Positions 38,609 to 49,553 of a stretch of 64,000 bases of DNA are shown here, in pieces. The notes below the pieces were generated by a model. The model saw nothing but the letters and a program-made list of their open reading frames with translations. It was not told the origin of the DNA and searched no databases. Each line of letters starts with the position of its first letter. Positions within the stretch are counted from its first letter, which is position 1. Origin of the DNA: Bacteroidales bacterium (GTDB lineage: Bacteria; Bacteroidota; Bacteroidia; Bacteroidales; UBA7960); the NCBI GenBank assembly GCA_003550725.1, contig PUKZ01000191.1:18636-82635 (forward strand). Direction: 5' to 3'. The position numbers were made by a program, and so were the translations under genes.

Positions 38609-39871
38609 ATGGCAACATCAGAAATAATAGTTGGTTTAGACATTGGTTCAACAAAAATTGCATGCATTGTTGGGCGCCGGAATGAATACGGCAAAATCGA
38701 AATATTAGGTATGGGTAAGGGTAAGTCGCTTGGTGTTAACCGGGGTATAGTATCCAACATTCAACACACTGTTGATTCGATGCATGCTGCAGTTAAAGAA
38801 GCCGAACAAAGTTCGGGAGTTGAAATTAATGTTGTTAATGCCGGTATAGCCGGCCAGCATATTCGCAGTCTTCAACACAGGGGTAATATTATCAGGAATA
38901 GCATGGAAGATGAGATCAATCAGCAAGATATTGATACGCTTGTTGAAAACATGTACAAGCTTGTTTTGCCTCCGGGTGAAGAGATCATACATGTAATTCC
39001 ACAGGATTATATCATAGATAATGAGCAAGTGACACGTCATCCAATTGGTATGGCAGGTATATGTCTGGAGGCAAACTTTCATGTAATAACAGGATTGGTA
39101 TCGGCGGCAAAAAACATTGAAAAATGTGCTACAAAAGCCGGTTTAAATATATGCGATATGATACTTGAGCCGCTGGCATCTGCCGAAGCCGTATTAAGCC
39201 AGGAGGAAAAGGAAGCCGGTGTTGTTCTTGTTGATATAGGGGGAGGAACAACTGACATAGCTGTTTTTCAGGATGATATTATTCGCCATACTGCTGTAAT
39301 TCCATTGGGAGGTAATGCGATTACTGAAGATATAAAGGAAGGCTGTTCAATCATTAAAAGCCAGGCAGAAGCTTTGAAAATTGGATTTGGGTCAGCCCTT
39401 GCAAGTGAAAATAAAGATGAAGAAGTAGTTTCAATACCCGGCTTAAAAGGCCGTGAACCAAAGGAAATATCATTGCGCAATCTTGCACATATCATACAGG
39501 CGAGAATGGAGGAAATTATTGAACATGTATATTATGAAATAAAAACTTCAGGCTATGAAAAAAAGCTTATAGCAGGAGTTGTTTTGACCGGTGGTGGAAG
39601 CCAAATGAAGCATGTGGCACAGCTCTCGGAGTTTATCACCGGTATGGATACAAGAATAGGATATCCCAACGAGCATCTTGCAAAAACCCTTTCAGGGGAA
39701 ATTAGTCAGCCGATGCATGCTACAGGTGTGGGGTTGGTTATTAAGGGTTTTCAGAATATGAGTAATAAAAAGAAAAAAAAGAGCGGAATAGCTACACAAA
39801 GCAAAAACTTAAAAAACAGCTTCTTGTCAAAGATAAAGCAGTTTTTTGAAGATGAAGATAGTACAACTTAA
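38609..39871 (+). CDS. ftsA: Cell division protein FtsA
   Basis: 420 aa with actin-fold motifs VGLDIGSTKI, VLVDIGGGTTDIAVF and VVLTGGGSQ. A C-terminal amphipathic helix follows a poly-Lys segment. Confidence 0.95.
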   Translation: MATSEIIVGLDIGSTKIACIVGRRNEYGKIEILGMGKGKSLGVNRGIVSNIQHTVDSMHAAVKEAEQSSGVEINVVNAGIAGQHIRSLQHRGNIIRNSMEDEINQQDIDTLVENMYKLVLPPGEEIIHVIPQDYIIDNEQVTRHPIGMAGICLEANFHVITGLVSAAKNIEKCATKAGLNICDMILEPLASAEAVLSQEEKEAGVVLVDIGGGTTDIAVFQDDIIRHTAVIPLGGNAITEDIKEGCSIIKSQAEALKIGFGSALASENKDEEVVSIPGLKGREPKEISLRNLAHIIQARMEEIIEHVYYEIKTSGYEKKLIAGVVLTGGGSQMKHVAQLSEFITGMDTRIGYPNEHLAKTLSGEISQPMHATGVGLVIKGFQNMSNKKKKKSGIATQSKNLKNSFLSKIKQFFEDEDSTT

Positions 39872-39957
39872 TTAAAAAATATTGCAGTTTGCAAAAACTC
39901 TTAACTGTTTTTTTATTAAACAAACTCTTATTAAAAACCCAACAAAATTGAATAATA

Positions 39958-41496
39958 ATGAAAAATGATACAATGATAAAATTCGATTTACCAAAAAACC
40001 AATCATCTATAATCAAGGTTTTAGGTATTGGTGGTGGTGGCAGAAATGCTGTTAACCACATGTTCAAACAAGGAATTGAAGGTGTTGATTTCATAGTTTG
40101 CAACACCGATTCACAGGCATTGCAAAAGAGCCCTGTGCCTAACAAGATACAGTTGGGAGCAGGGCTTACTGAAGGCAGGGGTGCGGGAAGCCTCCCCGAA
40201 GTCGGCAGAAATGCCGCTATTGAAGATATTGACAGTATTAAAGAAGTTTTGGAAAAAAACACCAAAATGATCTTTATTACTGCCGGAATGGGAGGGGGTA
40301 CCGGCACCGGGGCAACCCCGGTTATAGCTAAAGAAGCTAAAGAGCAGGGAATACTTACCGTGGGTATTGTAACTCTTCCCTTTGCTTTTGAAGGAAGAAA
40401 ACGGAAGATGCAAGCAGACGAAGGTATTAAAGAACTAAAAGAAAATGTAGATACACTTCTTATCATTTGTAATGATAAGTTGAGAGAGCTGTATGGCAAC
40501 CTCTCGGTTTCAGAAGCTTTCGCTAAAGCTGACAATGTTCTTACAACTGCTTCAAAAGGTATTGCTGAAATAATAACACGCACCGGATATATTAATGTTG
40601 ATTTTGCAGATGTAAAAACCGTAATGCTCAACAGTGGCGTGGCTATTATGGGAACAGGTATTGCAGAAGGTGATAACAGGTCGGTAAAAGCTATTGAAAC
40701 AGCCCTTGCATCGCCATTGCTTAACGATAACAATATACATGGCGCAAGCAATATATTGCTTAACATAACCAGCGGCAAAGAAGAAGCATTAATGGATGAG
40801 ATTACCGAAATTACCGAATACATACAGACAGAAGCAGGATCGAATGCCGAAATAATCTGGGGGTTGGGTAAAGATGAAAACCTGGGCAATAATATAAGTG
40901 TTACTCTTGTGGCTACAGGATTTAGCTCTCATACTAAATTCGGATATGATTTTGAAGATCAGGACAAAGAAAAAAAGGTTGTGACATTGGAACCTGAAAA
41001 ACCCTCTGTAAAATCCGAACCCAAAGATTATAGCGAGCCTTCAAACGATATAAGGCTCGTGAATAAAGCAAAGCAGAAAGAAAGTAAAAAAAACCAGGGA
41101 TCAGCTAATGATGACCCGTCTCAGAAAAAACTGACAATTGAGTTTGATGTCGACACTTCTCAAAATAAAAAGACAAGTGAGAAAGAGGTTGATGATGCTG
41201 CCGAACAAAAAAATGATGAGAATAAAACAGGCGAACAAATATACAACGAAGAAAAATTACAACAAAGGATCCATGAACGGGAGAAAAAACTTAGAGAGCT
41301 TAGCCTGAAAATTAAAACCCCCGAGGGATTAAAAGATGTTGAAAATGAGCCGGCTTTCATAAGAAGAAATGTCGTTTTAAGCAAAGTACCCTCAAGCAAT
41401 GAATCACAAGTATCACATTATACTCTTGATATTGATAAAGAAAAAAAGGCTAAAATAAAATCAAACAACTCATTTTTGCATGATAATGTTGATTAA
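39958..41496 (+). CDS. ftsZ: Cell division protein FtsZ
   Basis: 512 aa with GIGGGGRNAVNHM and the tubulin signature GMGGGTGTGATPVIA. It has a long charged linker, the conserved C-terminal peptide EPAFIRRN, and a further extension ending SFLHDNVD. Confidence 0.97.
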   Translation: MKNDTMIKFDLPKNQSSIIKVLGIGGGGRNAVNHMFKQGIEGVDFIVCNTDSQALQKSPVPNKIQLGAGLTEGRGAGSLPEVGRNAAIEDIDSIKEVLEKNTKMIFITAGMGGGTGTGATPVIAKEAKEQGILTVGIVTLPFAFEGRKRKMQADEGIKELKENVDTLLIICNDKLRELYGNLSVSEAFAKADNVLTTASKGIAEIITRTGYINVDFADVKTVMLNSGVAIMGTGIAEGDNRSVKAIETALASPLLNDNNIHGASNILLNITSGKEEALMDEITEITEYIQTEAGSNAEIIWGLGKDENLGNNISVTLVATGFSSHTKFGYDFEDQDKEKKVVTLEPEKPSVKSEPKDYSEPSNDIRLVNKAKQKESKKNQGSANDDPSQKKLTIEFDVDTSQNKKTSEKEVDDAAEQKNDENKTGEQIYNEEKLQQRIHEREKKLRELSLKIKTPEGLKDVENEPAFIRRNVVLSKVPSSNESQVSHYTLDIDKEKKAKIKSNNSFLHDNVD

Positions 41497-41624
41497 TAGC
41501 TTATCAATAAATAAAGCTTTTTAATAAATCAATTTTTGTAAATCATACTATCGAGATATAATATTTATTATCTTTGTAATGGACTTAAATTTACATAATT
41601 ACGGGTTTATAGCAGGCGGTGCTG

Positions 41625-41903
41625 ATGGCTTTACCAGGTAAAAAATATAACGGGTTACGAAAAGTTCTTAATGAACAAAAGTCATGGCCATGTGTTTACA
41701 TGTTTAAGTTTATAATGCCGGCTGACAACAAAGTAATGGCACAGGTGGAAAGTATGTTTTATGAAAATGCGAAGATATACCGTAAAGAATCAAAAAAAGG
41801 TAAATATCTTTCTGTAACAATAAAAGATACAATGAACAAACCCGAAGATGTTATTTACATATACAAAAAGGCTGAAGAAATACCCGGAGTTATGATTTTA
41901 TAA
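41625..41903 (+). CDS. DUF493 (YbeD-like) family protein
   Basis: The track ORF starts at a GTG at 41619; the ATG at 41625 gives MALPGKKYNG... (92 aa). SWPCVYMFKFIMP resembles the FPCxYxFKVIG signature of UPF0250/DUF493. Confidence 0.55.
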   Translation: MALPGKKYNGLRKVLNEQKSWPCVYMFKFIMPADNKVMAQVESMFYENAKIYRKESKKGKYLSVTIKDTMNKPEDVIYIYKKAEEIPGVMIL

Positions 41904-41938
41904 TCAGGTAAATTATAAAAAAAATAAAAATATATAAA

Positions 41939-42226
41939 ATGGCTACTATAAAGAATCTGAAAAAAGATATAAATTTTCTTTCTGATGAGGTTATTGGCAA
42001 TTGTTTTTTGCAATACTATTTTGCCGAAGAAAACAAACGTAAAGAAATTAATAAAATAATAGAAGAAATCGTTACAATGCGAAATGACCTTATAAAGAAA
42101 GTTAATAATCCTCCTAAAGATATTGACAACAAAGAAAAGAAGTCATACTTTCGTAATATACAAGAAGAACTTATTAAAAAAGCAAACGATGCTTTTGCAC
42201 AACTTGAGCAGCAGCCCGAAAAGTAA
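41939..42226 (+). CDS. Small helical hypothetical protein
   Basis: 95 aa charged, helical ORF with compact spacing after the previous gene. A strong terminator follows it. Confidence 0.5.
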   Translation: MATIKNLKKDINFLSDEVIGNCFLQYYFAEENKRKEINKIIEEIVTMRNDLIKKVNNPPKDIDNKEKKSYFRNIQEELIKKANDAFAQLEQQPEK

Positions 42227-42260
42227 AATATAAAAGGTTTTGATTCCTAACACAAAAGCA

Positions 42261-42305
42261 AAAAAAAAACGGGAAAAAACAATAAGTGTTTCTTCCCATT
42301 TTAAT
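42261..42305. terminator. Bidirectional rho-independent terminator
   Basis: The stem pairs gggaaaaaaca (42271-42281) with tgtttcttccc (42287-42297), 11 bp with one mismatch and loop ataag. It is flanked by A10 upstream and ATTTTAAT downstream. It sits between convergent genes. Confidence 0.65.
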
Positions 42306-42340
42306 AATTAGCTTATAATATGCAAATCAATTAATATTTA

Positions 42341-42928
42341 TTACCACAACTTTACAACTTCAAATGCATTATCTTCCATCCGCTTGTAATACTTTTTTGG
42401 ATGATTCCAGCTTACGTAGGGGGCATCTTTATTTAATTCGGCTAATTTTTTAGTTTCAACATCAAACAGTAATGTGCCGTCATAATCATAATCAGATGGG
42501 TGATAAAAATGTATTGAAACTGAAACATCCAAAGGCGACGGATTTGATATTTGATGAATAATATTTAATGGTTCAAATATAATTTCTCCTTTATTTATTG
42601 TTCTTGATGGATGAATACTCAACAACTTTTTTTTATCATCAAATGCATATAGTGATTCCGAAACTACACCTTCTAAAACCCCGATATATCCCCAGTACTT
42701 ATTGTGCTGATGAATCGGGAGGCTCACTTGTGCAGGCCAGGTTACAATAAAGATCTGTAAAGGCTTTTCTTTAACAATAATCTTGTTATATTTTTTCAGA
42801 TCATAACCTTCGAGATAATTCTTATAATCTAGACAAGTAAAATCAATTTTGTCAAGTACATTTTTTACTAAATTTGAATTAATACTTGTTTGCGAAATTT
42901 TGCTTAATGCTGATAATAATTGTTTCAT
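42341..42928 (-). CDS. Cupin-fold protein, cysteine-dioxygenase-like 3-His type
   Basis: 195 aa. Cupin motif 1 is PIHQHNKYWGYIGVLEG, with HxH but no Glu at the usual position. Motif 2 is IHQISNPS...SIHFYHP. Confidence 0.55.
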   Translation of the reverse strand: MKQLLSALSKISQTSINSNLVKNVLDKIDFTCLDYKNYLEGYDLKKYNKIIVKEKPLQIFIVTWPAQVSLPIHQHNKYWGYIGVLEGVVSESLYAFDDKKKLLSIHPSRTINKGEIIFEPLNIIHQISNPSPLDVSVSIHFYHPSDYDYDGTLLFDVETKKLAELNKDAPYVSWNHPKKYYKRMEDNAFEVVKLW

Positions 42929-43278
42929 GAGGTTATTATTAGTTTATATTAATTGTATTTTAGTTGTTATAAAAAATATTCAAACTTCGTATAACAAAAA
43001 ACATTTAGCTGAAAATGACAAAAAATATTTATCTTAGAAAGATAAAGATACAATAAAATGTCAGATTATAGTTATCTTTTTTTATTTTTAAGATAATATG
43101 ATTTGTAAAATTTTTTAAGCATTATTCAGAATATTGGCTGCCGGCATAAATTGATTACTTTGTTGCTATAATGTATATATTTTAATATTGATAAATAGCA
43201 ACAATTTATTTATAAATACTTATTTTAGCAGGCCAATTTGATGTATGTTTTTTTGCGCGTCAAAAATATAATAAAATA

Positions 43279-44088
43279 ATGACTTTACCATACTTTAAAA
43301 ATAAAACTCATCTTCATGATTCGGCAACAAACAGGAAAGTATATTTTTTATCCGATGCACATTTGGGAGTTTCGGGGTTTAAGACCAGCCTGGAGAGAGA
43401 AAAGCTTTTGGTCAGGTGGTTAGATATTATAAAATCACAGGCCGGGGAAATATATTTTTTGGGTGATATTTTTGATTTTTGGTTTGAATACAAGGATGTT
43501 GTTCCTAAAGGTTATACACGTTTGTTTGGTAAGCTTGCCGAATTGACTGATTCGGGTATTAAGATATTTTATTTTACCGGCAATCATGATATGTGGAACT
43601 TTCATTATTTTCAGAAAGAGCTGAATTTGCATGTATTCTCAAAACCTGCCGAAAAATATATTGGCAACAAGTATTTTATGATAGGTCATGGCGATGGTTT
43701 GGGTCCTGATGATAAAAGCTACAAGATCATTAAGAAAATATTTCAAAACAGGATCAGCCAAAAGATTTTTTCTTTTTTTCATCCTCGAATAGGTATTGGT
43801 TTAGCTAATTTTTTTTCGCGTAAAAGTCGCATTAATAATGCTCAGGAAGTTTTTTTGGGTGAAGATAAAGAGCGGTTGGTATTATATTGTAAGTATAAAC
43901 TTACACAAAAACATTATGATTTTTTTGTTTTCGGTCACAGGCATTTACCCATGTCTGTATCTGTTGGCAAAAACAGTTTATATGTTAATACCGGTGAATG
44001 GATTAATACTTTTTCTTATGCTGTTTTTGACGGCGAGGATGTAAAGTTGGAATATTTTGACCCTAAAAAAGAAGCAGTTCATGCATAA
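43279..44088 (+). CDS. lpxH: UDP-2,3-diacylglucosamine diphosphatase
   Basis: 269 aa with metallophosphoesterase motifs FLSDAHLG, FLGDIFDFWFEY, GNHDMW, GHGD and GHRH. Confidence 0.85.
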   Translation: MTLPYFKNKTHLHDSATNRKVYFLSDAHLGVSGFKTSLEREKLLVRWLDIIKSQAGEIYFLGDIFDFWFEYKDVVPKGYTRLFGKLAELTDSGIKIFYFTGNHDMWNFHYFQKELNLHVFSKPAEKYIGNKYFMIGHGDGLGPDDKSYKIIKKIFQNRISQKIFSFFHPRIGIGLANFFSRKSRINNAQEVFLGEDKERLVLYCKYKLTQKHYDFFVFGHRHLPMSVSVGKNSLYVNTGEWINTFSYAVFDGEDVKLEYFDPKKEAVHA

Positions 44089-44161
44089 TTACTACATGAA
44101 CTGCCTTTACAAAAGATATTTTTAGCCGGCAATTAAATAAACTCACTTAATTGCAAGCGTA

Positions 44162-45178
<1,017 letters not shown>

Positions 45179-45205
45179 TTAATTGTTTTTGATTAAATAA
45201 AGTGT

Positions 45206-45213
45206 CAAATTTA
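45206..45213 (-). promoter_or_regulatory. -7 promoter box TAAATTTG upstream of gap
   Basis: The plus-strand caaattta is TAAATTTG on the minus strand. It lies 40 nt upstream of the gap ATG. Confidence 0.4.
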
Positions 45214-45464
45214 ATAAAAATAATGCTTCTTACTAAGAATTATAAAATAAGCGCAGAATATTTTTCCATATTCAATATTTTAACTTAGGTCTTCATTTAT
45301 TTCTAAAATTTTATGGGTTAGGAAAATTTTAAGGCGGGCAAATCTCACGTTATCCTTAACCGGCCTGTATTACTGACCGGTTAAGAATAACTGAGGTTCT
45401 TTAATGGTTTTACTTTAATTAATCAATCTTATAATAGAATGGTTTAACCTGCTTAGCTGTGTAA

Positions 45465-46292
45465 TTAATCTTTTATACAACGAACCGAGAAGCCGTTATT
45501 ATTCATATCTACACCTTCATAGAGTTTGTTGCTCCCACGCCTTATGTATCGCCTTCTTGCGAACCCGCTTGTTGCAGTTTCGTCGGCTGTCCAGAACTTG
45601 GCATAATCTCCTATATGATAATAAGCTCCATTTGGATACCGGTAACCTGAAGGAAGAGCTGAAAATCCAAAAATATCTTTTCCGAAGGCTTCATCTGAGA
45701 TGTTCCACCTTGGATGTTCTTCTGTATCACAATTACCTCCTTCGGGCGATTCAACCTGGCGGCATGATTTTAACGCCTGGCCAATATTATCCGGTTTAAT
45801 ATCATCATAATTATCAATAAGGTATTCTCTTAGTTGTGTCCAGTCATCATCACTTGGAGCAACCCAGCCTGCAGGACAAAGGCCTCTTGTATCATCAACT
45901 GCATACCAGTTATATAATTTGCCATAAGCATCTGCCATTTCTTCATCGGATTCAATCCCCTCAATATCATCTTCATGAACACCGCCATCATGAGGATAAA
46001 CGGCCATTGCACCCGATTTTGTGTTAGACCATTCAGTGTTATCCTCTAAGTAATAAATAAGCGATCCATCTGAATATTTTGTAGTGCGCAGATTCTCAGT
46101 CATCCATTCCTGATCACCCAATATAACTGTAACATACTCATTACCATCAATGTCGGTAACAGTGCCATACTCAATAGAATGACCGTTATCGGGTTTTGTT
46201 TCATCATCGTCACTGCAACTCAAGTTAATAAACATAAATGATGCAATAATCGCCATAGCGCAAATCCGGAACATAATTCTTCTGTTTTTCAT
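45465..46292 (-). CDS. FISUMP-domain (Fibrobacter succinogenes major paralogous domain) lipoprotein
   Basis: 275 aa with lipobox FINLSCS. Motifs are DIDGNEYVTVILGDQEWMTENL, GKLYNWYA, LCPAGWVAPSDDDWTQL, GFSALPSGYR and FSVRCIKD. Confidence 0.8.
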   Translation of the reverse strand: MKNRRIMFRICAMAIIASFMFINLSCSDDDETKPDNGHSIEYGTVTDIDGNEYVTVILGDQEWMTENLRTTKYSDGSLIYYLEDNTEWSNTKSGAMAVYPHDGGVHEDDIEGIESDEEMADAYGKLYNWYAVDDTRGLCPAGWVAPSDDDWTQLREYLIDNYDDIKPDNIGQALKSCRQVESPEGGNCDTEEHPRWNISDEAFGKDIFGFSALPSGYRYPNGAYYHIGDYAKFWTADETATSGFARRRYIRRGSNKLYEGVDMNNNGFSVRCIKD

Positions 46293-46335
46293 GTTAAAAT
46301 GGTTTTTTATTATACTAAAAAAAGTTATTTTGTTA

Positions 46336-46343
46336 CAAAAATA
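46336..46343 (-). promoter_or_regulatory. Candidate -7 promoter box TATTTTTG
   Basis: The plus-strand caaaaata is TATTTTTG on the minus strand. It lies 44 nt upstream of the FISUMP gene ATG. Confidence 0.35.
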
Positions 46344-46718
46344 ATATTTTTAACAAATATTAATAATTATATAAAAATTTTTTTTAAAAAAGAATACCCA
46401 GCAATAAAAATGCCATTCTATATTAATTGCAGTTGACTTTCATTATAACATGACCTGCAGCAGATTTAAAACATTTATTGGGAAGGTCGCATAAGTCAGT
46501 ATTACACGTTATGATTTATGTGGCGCATATTAGGCATAAGCTTATGGAAAAGTAATTACATCATTGAAAGCCCAAACTCAAAGAGTAGGTTTATATAGAT
46601 GCAACGGCGATAGTCGGAAGTAGCAAACCCTTACCTGGTGAGGTTTCTCTTAACCGGAAGTCAGCAGACGCCATGGTAGCCGTTAGTAATGAGCCTGATT
46701 TAATAAAGGCAGGACATA

Positions 46719-46760
46719 AAAAGAGAGAACAGCCACAACCTGTTCTCTCTTTTGGGTTTT
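46719..46760. terminator. Bidirectional rho-independent terminator
   Basis: A perfect 11-bp stem pairs agagagaacag (46722-46732) with ctgttctctct (46740-46750), extendable by A-T pairs, with loop ccacaac. TTTGGGTTTT follows on the plus strand and TTTTTAT on the minus strand. It lies 14 nt after the stop of the minus-strand aminotransferase. Confidence 0.78.
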
Positions 46761-46773
46761 GCAGTCAAAAAAT

Positions 46774-47973
46774 TTATATAGTACGTCCGGGATATATCTT
46801 TAATGCTTCTTCGAGGCATTTCATTGCTTTTTTCAGGTCTTCTACATTAAGGACATAGCTAATACGTACCTCATTAATACCTTTACCCGGCGTTGAATAG
46901 AATCCTGTGGCCGGAGCCATCATTACGGTTTGGTTTTCATAGTTAAACTCTTCGAGCAACCATTGACAGAATTTGTCTGTATCATCAACCGGCAATTTTG
47001 TTGTTACATAAAAAGCACCGCTTGGATTAGGACAAACTACTCCTTCCATTTTATTGAGTGCTGCAACTAATGTATCGCGCCTTGCTTTATATTCGGTGAT
47101 CATTTCATCGAAGTAGCTGTCAGGTGTATCCATAGCGGCTTCAGAAGCAAATTGCCCCAGCGACGGTGGGCTTAGTCTTGCCTGTGCAAATTTCATGGCA
47201 GTGCTTATAACCTCTTTGTTGCGTGAAATCATAGAACCAACTCGAATACCACATGCACTATAGCGTTTTGAAACAGAATCAAACAGTACTACATTATTTT
47301 CTATTTCTTTTAGATTCATTACAGAAAAATGTTTCCTGCCGTCATAGCAAAACTCCCGGTAAACCTCATCGGCAAAAAGATATAAGTCATATTTTTTTAC
47401 TATTTCGCGTAAAGTTTCAAGTTCCTTTTCTGAATACAAATATCCTGTGGGATTATTAGGGTTGCATACCATTATTGCTTTTGTAGCCGGTGTAATTACT
47501 TTTTCAAATTCAGAAATAGGCGGTAATGCAAAATCTTCTTCAATGGTTGAAACTATTGGTTTCACTTTTACACCGGCACTGGTTGCAAAGCCATTATAGT
47601 TGGCATAGAAGGGTTCAGGAATAATTATTTCATCGCCCGGGTTAAGGCATGTTTGTACGGCAAAAAGGATGGCTTCAGAAGCCCCCGCAGTTACAATTAT
47701 GTCATCGGGGGTAATATGGATATCATGCCTTGCATAATATTCGCACATTTTTCGCCTGTACGAAATAATACCAGCCGAATGGCTGTATTCGATGACCTTA
47801 ACATCAAGATTATGCATAGCATCAATCATAGATTGAGGTGTTTCAATGTCGGGCTGACCAATGTTGAGATGAAACACCTTCCTTCCTTTCTCTTTAGCTT
47901 TTTCAGCATATGGAACCAATTTTCTGATTGGCGATTCAGGCATTTTTTGCCCTTTTTGTGAAATTTTCGGCAT
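46774..47973 (-). CDS. Pyridoxal-phosphate-dependent aminotransferase (aspartate/aromatic type)
   Basis: 399 aa with MPESPIRKLVPYA, LNIGQPDIETP, NPNNPTG and the PLP-lysine context SVSKRYSACGIRVG. Confidence 0.9.
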   Translation of the reverse strand: MPKISQKGQKMPESPIRKLVPYAEKAKEKGRKVFHLNIGQPDIETPQSMIDAMHNLDVKVIEYSHSAGIISYRRKMCEYYARHDIHITPDDIIVTAGASEAILFAVQTCLNPGDEIIIPEPFYANYNGFATSAGVKVKPIVSTIEEDFALPPISEFEKVITPATKAIMVCNPNNPTGYLYSEKELETLREIVKKYDLYLFADEVYREFCYDGRKHFSVMNLKEIENNVVLFDSVSKRYSACGIRVGSMISRNKEVISTAMKFAQARLSPPSLGQFASEAAMDTPDSYFDEMITEYKARRDTLVAALNKMEGVVCPNPSGAFYVTTKLPVDDTDKFCQWLLEEFNYENQTVMMAPATGFYSTPGKGINEVRISYVLNVEDLKKAMKCLEEALKIYPGRTI

Positions 47974-48078
47974 TTTTTATAATATTAAAATATTTATAAT
48001 CGAAAAATTATTAATCTTTAAAAACATAATATTTTGTTGGGTTATTGTTATACCTCACCTTTTCTTTCTCACTACCAA

Positions 48079-49323
48079 TTAATCAAGTGTATGCACAACC
48101 AACCCGCTTCTGAGTTTTGGCTCAAACCATGTTGTTTTAGGTGGCATTATATTACCGGTATCAGCAATATCCATAAGTTGTTTCATTGTAACCGGATAAA
48201 GTGCGAAAGCAACTTTCATTTCACCACTGTCCACACGCCTTTCAAGCTCTTCAAGACCGCGAATACCACCAACAAAATCAATTCTCTTGTCGGTACGAAG
48301 GTTTTTTATTCCTAATATTTCATCCAGTACATATTTTGATAAGATGGTTACATCCAGCACACCTATAGGGTCATTATCATCATACGTATTATCTTTTGCT
48401 TTTAATGAATACCATTCTCCTTCTAAATACATTCCAAAAGTATGTAATTTAGCGGGTTTATAAGGTTGGCTGCCTTTTTTTTCTATTTCAAAATTCTCTT
48501 TTAATTTATTAATGAACTCTTCTTCGCTCAAACCATTTAAATCTTTAACCACCCTGTTGTAATCAATAATAGTAAGTTGGTTATCGGGGAATAATACAGC
48601 CATAAAATAGTTGTATTCTTCGTTACCCGTATGGTTGGGATTATTCTTTTTCTTTTCGTTTCCAACCAATGCAGCTGCTGCAGTTCTATGATGACCATCA
48701 GCCACATAAAAGTTTGGAACTTTATCAAAAAGCTTTTCCAGTTTTTGAATTGTTGAATCATCTTCAATAATCCAAAAATGATGTCCGAAATTATCATCAC
48801 TTATAAAATCATAAACAGGTTCATTTTTAACAACCCCGGCAACAATATCATCAATTTCCTTTTGTGCCGGGTAAGTAAAAAATACTGGCTCTGCATTTGC
48901 ATTCGTTATACGTACATGTTTCATGCGGTCTTCTTCTTTATCCGGCCTGGTGAGTTCGTGCTTTTTTATGATGTCATTCATGTAATCTTCTACTCCGGCG
49001 CAACCGACAATACCATACTGAGTTTTATTTCCCCAGGATTGAGCATAAACATAGAAGTGTCTTTTATTATCCTGAACAAGGTACCCATTATTTATAAATT
49101 TTTTAAAATTTGATAGTGCCTTGTCATAAACAGACTGGGAATATAAATTAGTATCTTCCGGCAGCTCTATTTCAGGTTTTACTACCCTTAGAAAGCTATA
49201 AGGATTAGTTCCTGCTTCTTTACGTGCTTCATCAGAATCTAATACATCATAAGGCCTTGATGCGAGGTCTTTTACTATTTCTTTTGGTGGTCTATAACCC
49301 TTAAAAGGCTTAAGTGTTGCCAT
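48079..49323 (-). CDS. DUF1015 domain-containing protein
   Basis: 414 aa. The N-terminus MATLKPFKGYRPPKEIVKDLASRPYDVLDSDEARK and YVADGHHRTAAA are typical of DUF1015. Confidence 0.85.
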   Translation of the reverse strand: MATLKPFKGYRPPKEIVKDLASRPYDVLDSDEARKEAGTNPYSFLRVVKPEIELPEDTNLYSQSVYDKALSNFKKFINNGYLVQDNKRHFYVYAQSWGNKTQYGIVGCAGVEDYMNDIIKKHELTRPDKEEDRMKHVRITNANAEPVFFTYPAQKEIDDIVAGVVKNEPVYDFISDDNFGHHFWIIEDDSTIQKLEKLFDKVPNFYVADGHHRTAAAALVGNEKKKNNPNHTGNEEYNYFMAVLFPDNQLTIIDYNRVVKDLNGLSEEEFINKLKENFEIEKKGSQPYKPAKLHTFGMYLEGEWYSLKAKDNTYDDNDPIGVLDVTILSKYVLDEILGIKNLRTDKRIDFVGGIRGLEELERRVDSGEMKVAFALYPVTMKQLMDIADTGNIMPPKTTWFEPKLRSGLVVHTLD

Positions 49324-49423
49324 ATTTTTTTGAATATTTTTTGGTTTAACAAAACAGGACTGTATTGCAAGTCAGCCGTAATTAATTATTTATAGTGAAT
49401 TCTAAAATTATAATAAGATAATA

Positions 49424-49500
49424 TAGGATTATATTAACATATCCTATATGGCACATACATACAGCACTATTAATTAGGGCGGTATGTATGTGCCGGTTTT
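49424..49500. other. Two adjacent stem-loops between serA and the DUF1015 gene
   Basis: Hairpin 1 pairs ataggat (49424-49430) with atcctat (49442-49448). Hairpin 2 is a 13-bp perfect stem pairing ggcacatacatac (49451-49463) with gtatgtatgtgcc (49483-49495), followed by GGTTTTT on the plus strand. Confidence 0.55.
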
Positions 49501-49553
49501 TAAATTAAAAATTTTCAGGTCAATCATGTTCTGATAGTGAATATATATTTGTT

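Noticed and set aside
39792-40889. 365-aa ORF antisense to ftsA/ftsZ.
   Set aside because: It lies entirely opposite unmistakable ftsZ coding sequence. Its Ser/Pro/Ile-rich low-complexity translation is what the reverse frame of a GGN/GCN-rich gene produces, and it has no start context or motifs.
44129-44154. 8-bp hairpin gcaattaa/ttaattgc between the convergent lpxH and gap genes, considered as a terminator.
   Set aside because: The stem is A/T-rich and neither strand has a U-tract. This is not enough to call a terminator.
46627-46645. TPP-riboswitch-like ACCCTTACCTGGTGAGG.
   Set aside because: There is no CUGAGA element or pyrimidine-sensor helix. There is also no downstream plus-strand gene to regulate.
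46636-46672. SRP (4.5S) RNA-like string CCTGGTGAGG...CCGGAAGTCAGCAG.
   Set aside because: An extra 10-nt insert and a non-pairing GGAA-loop closure prevent it forming the conserved domain IV helix. No complementary 5'/3' arms were found.
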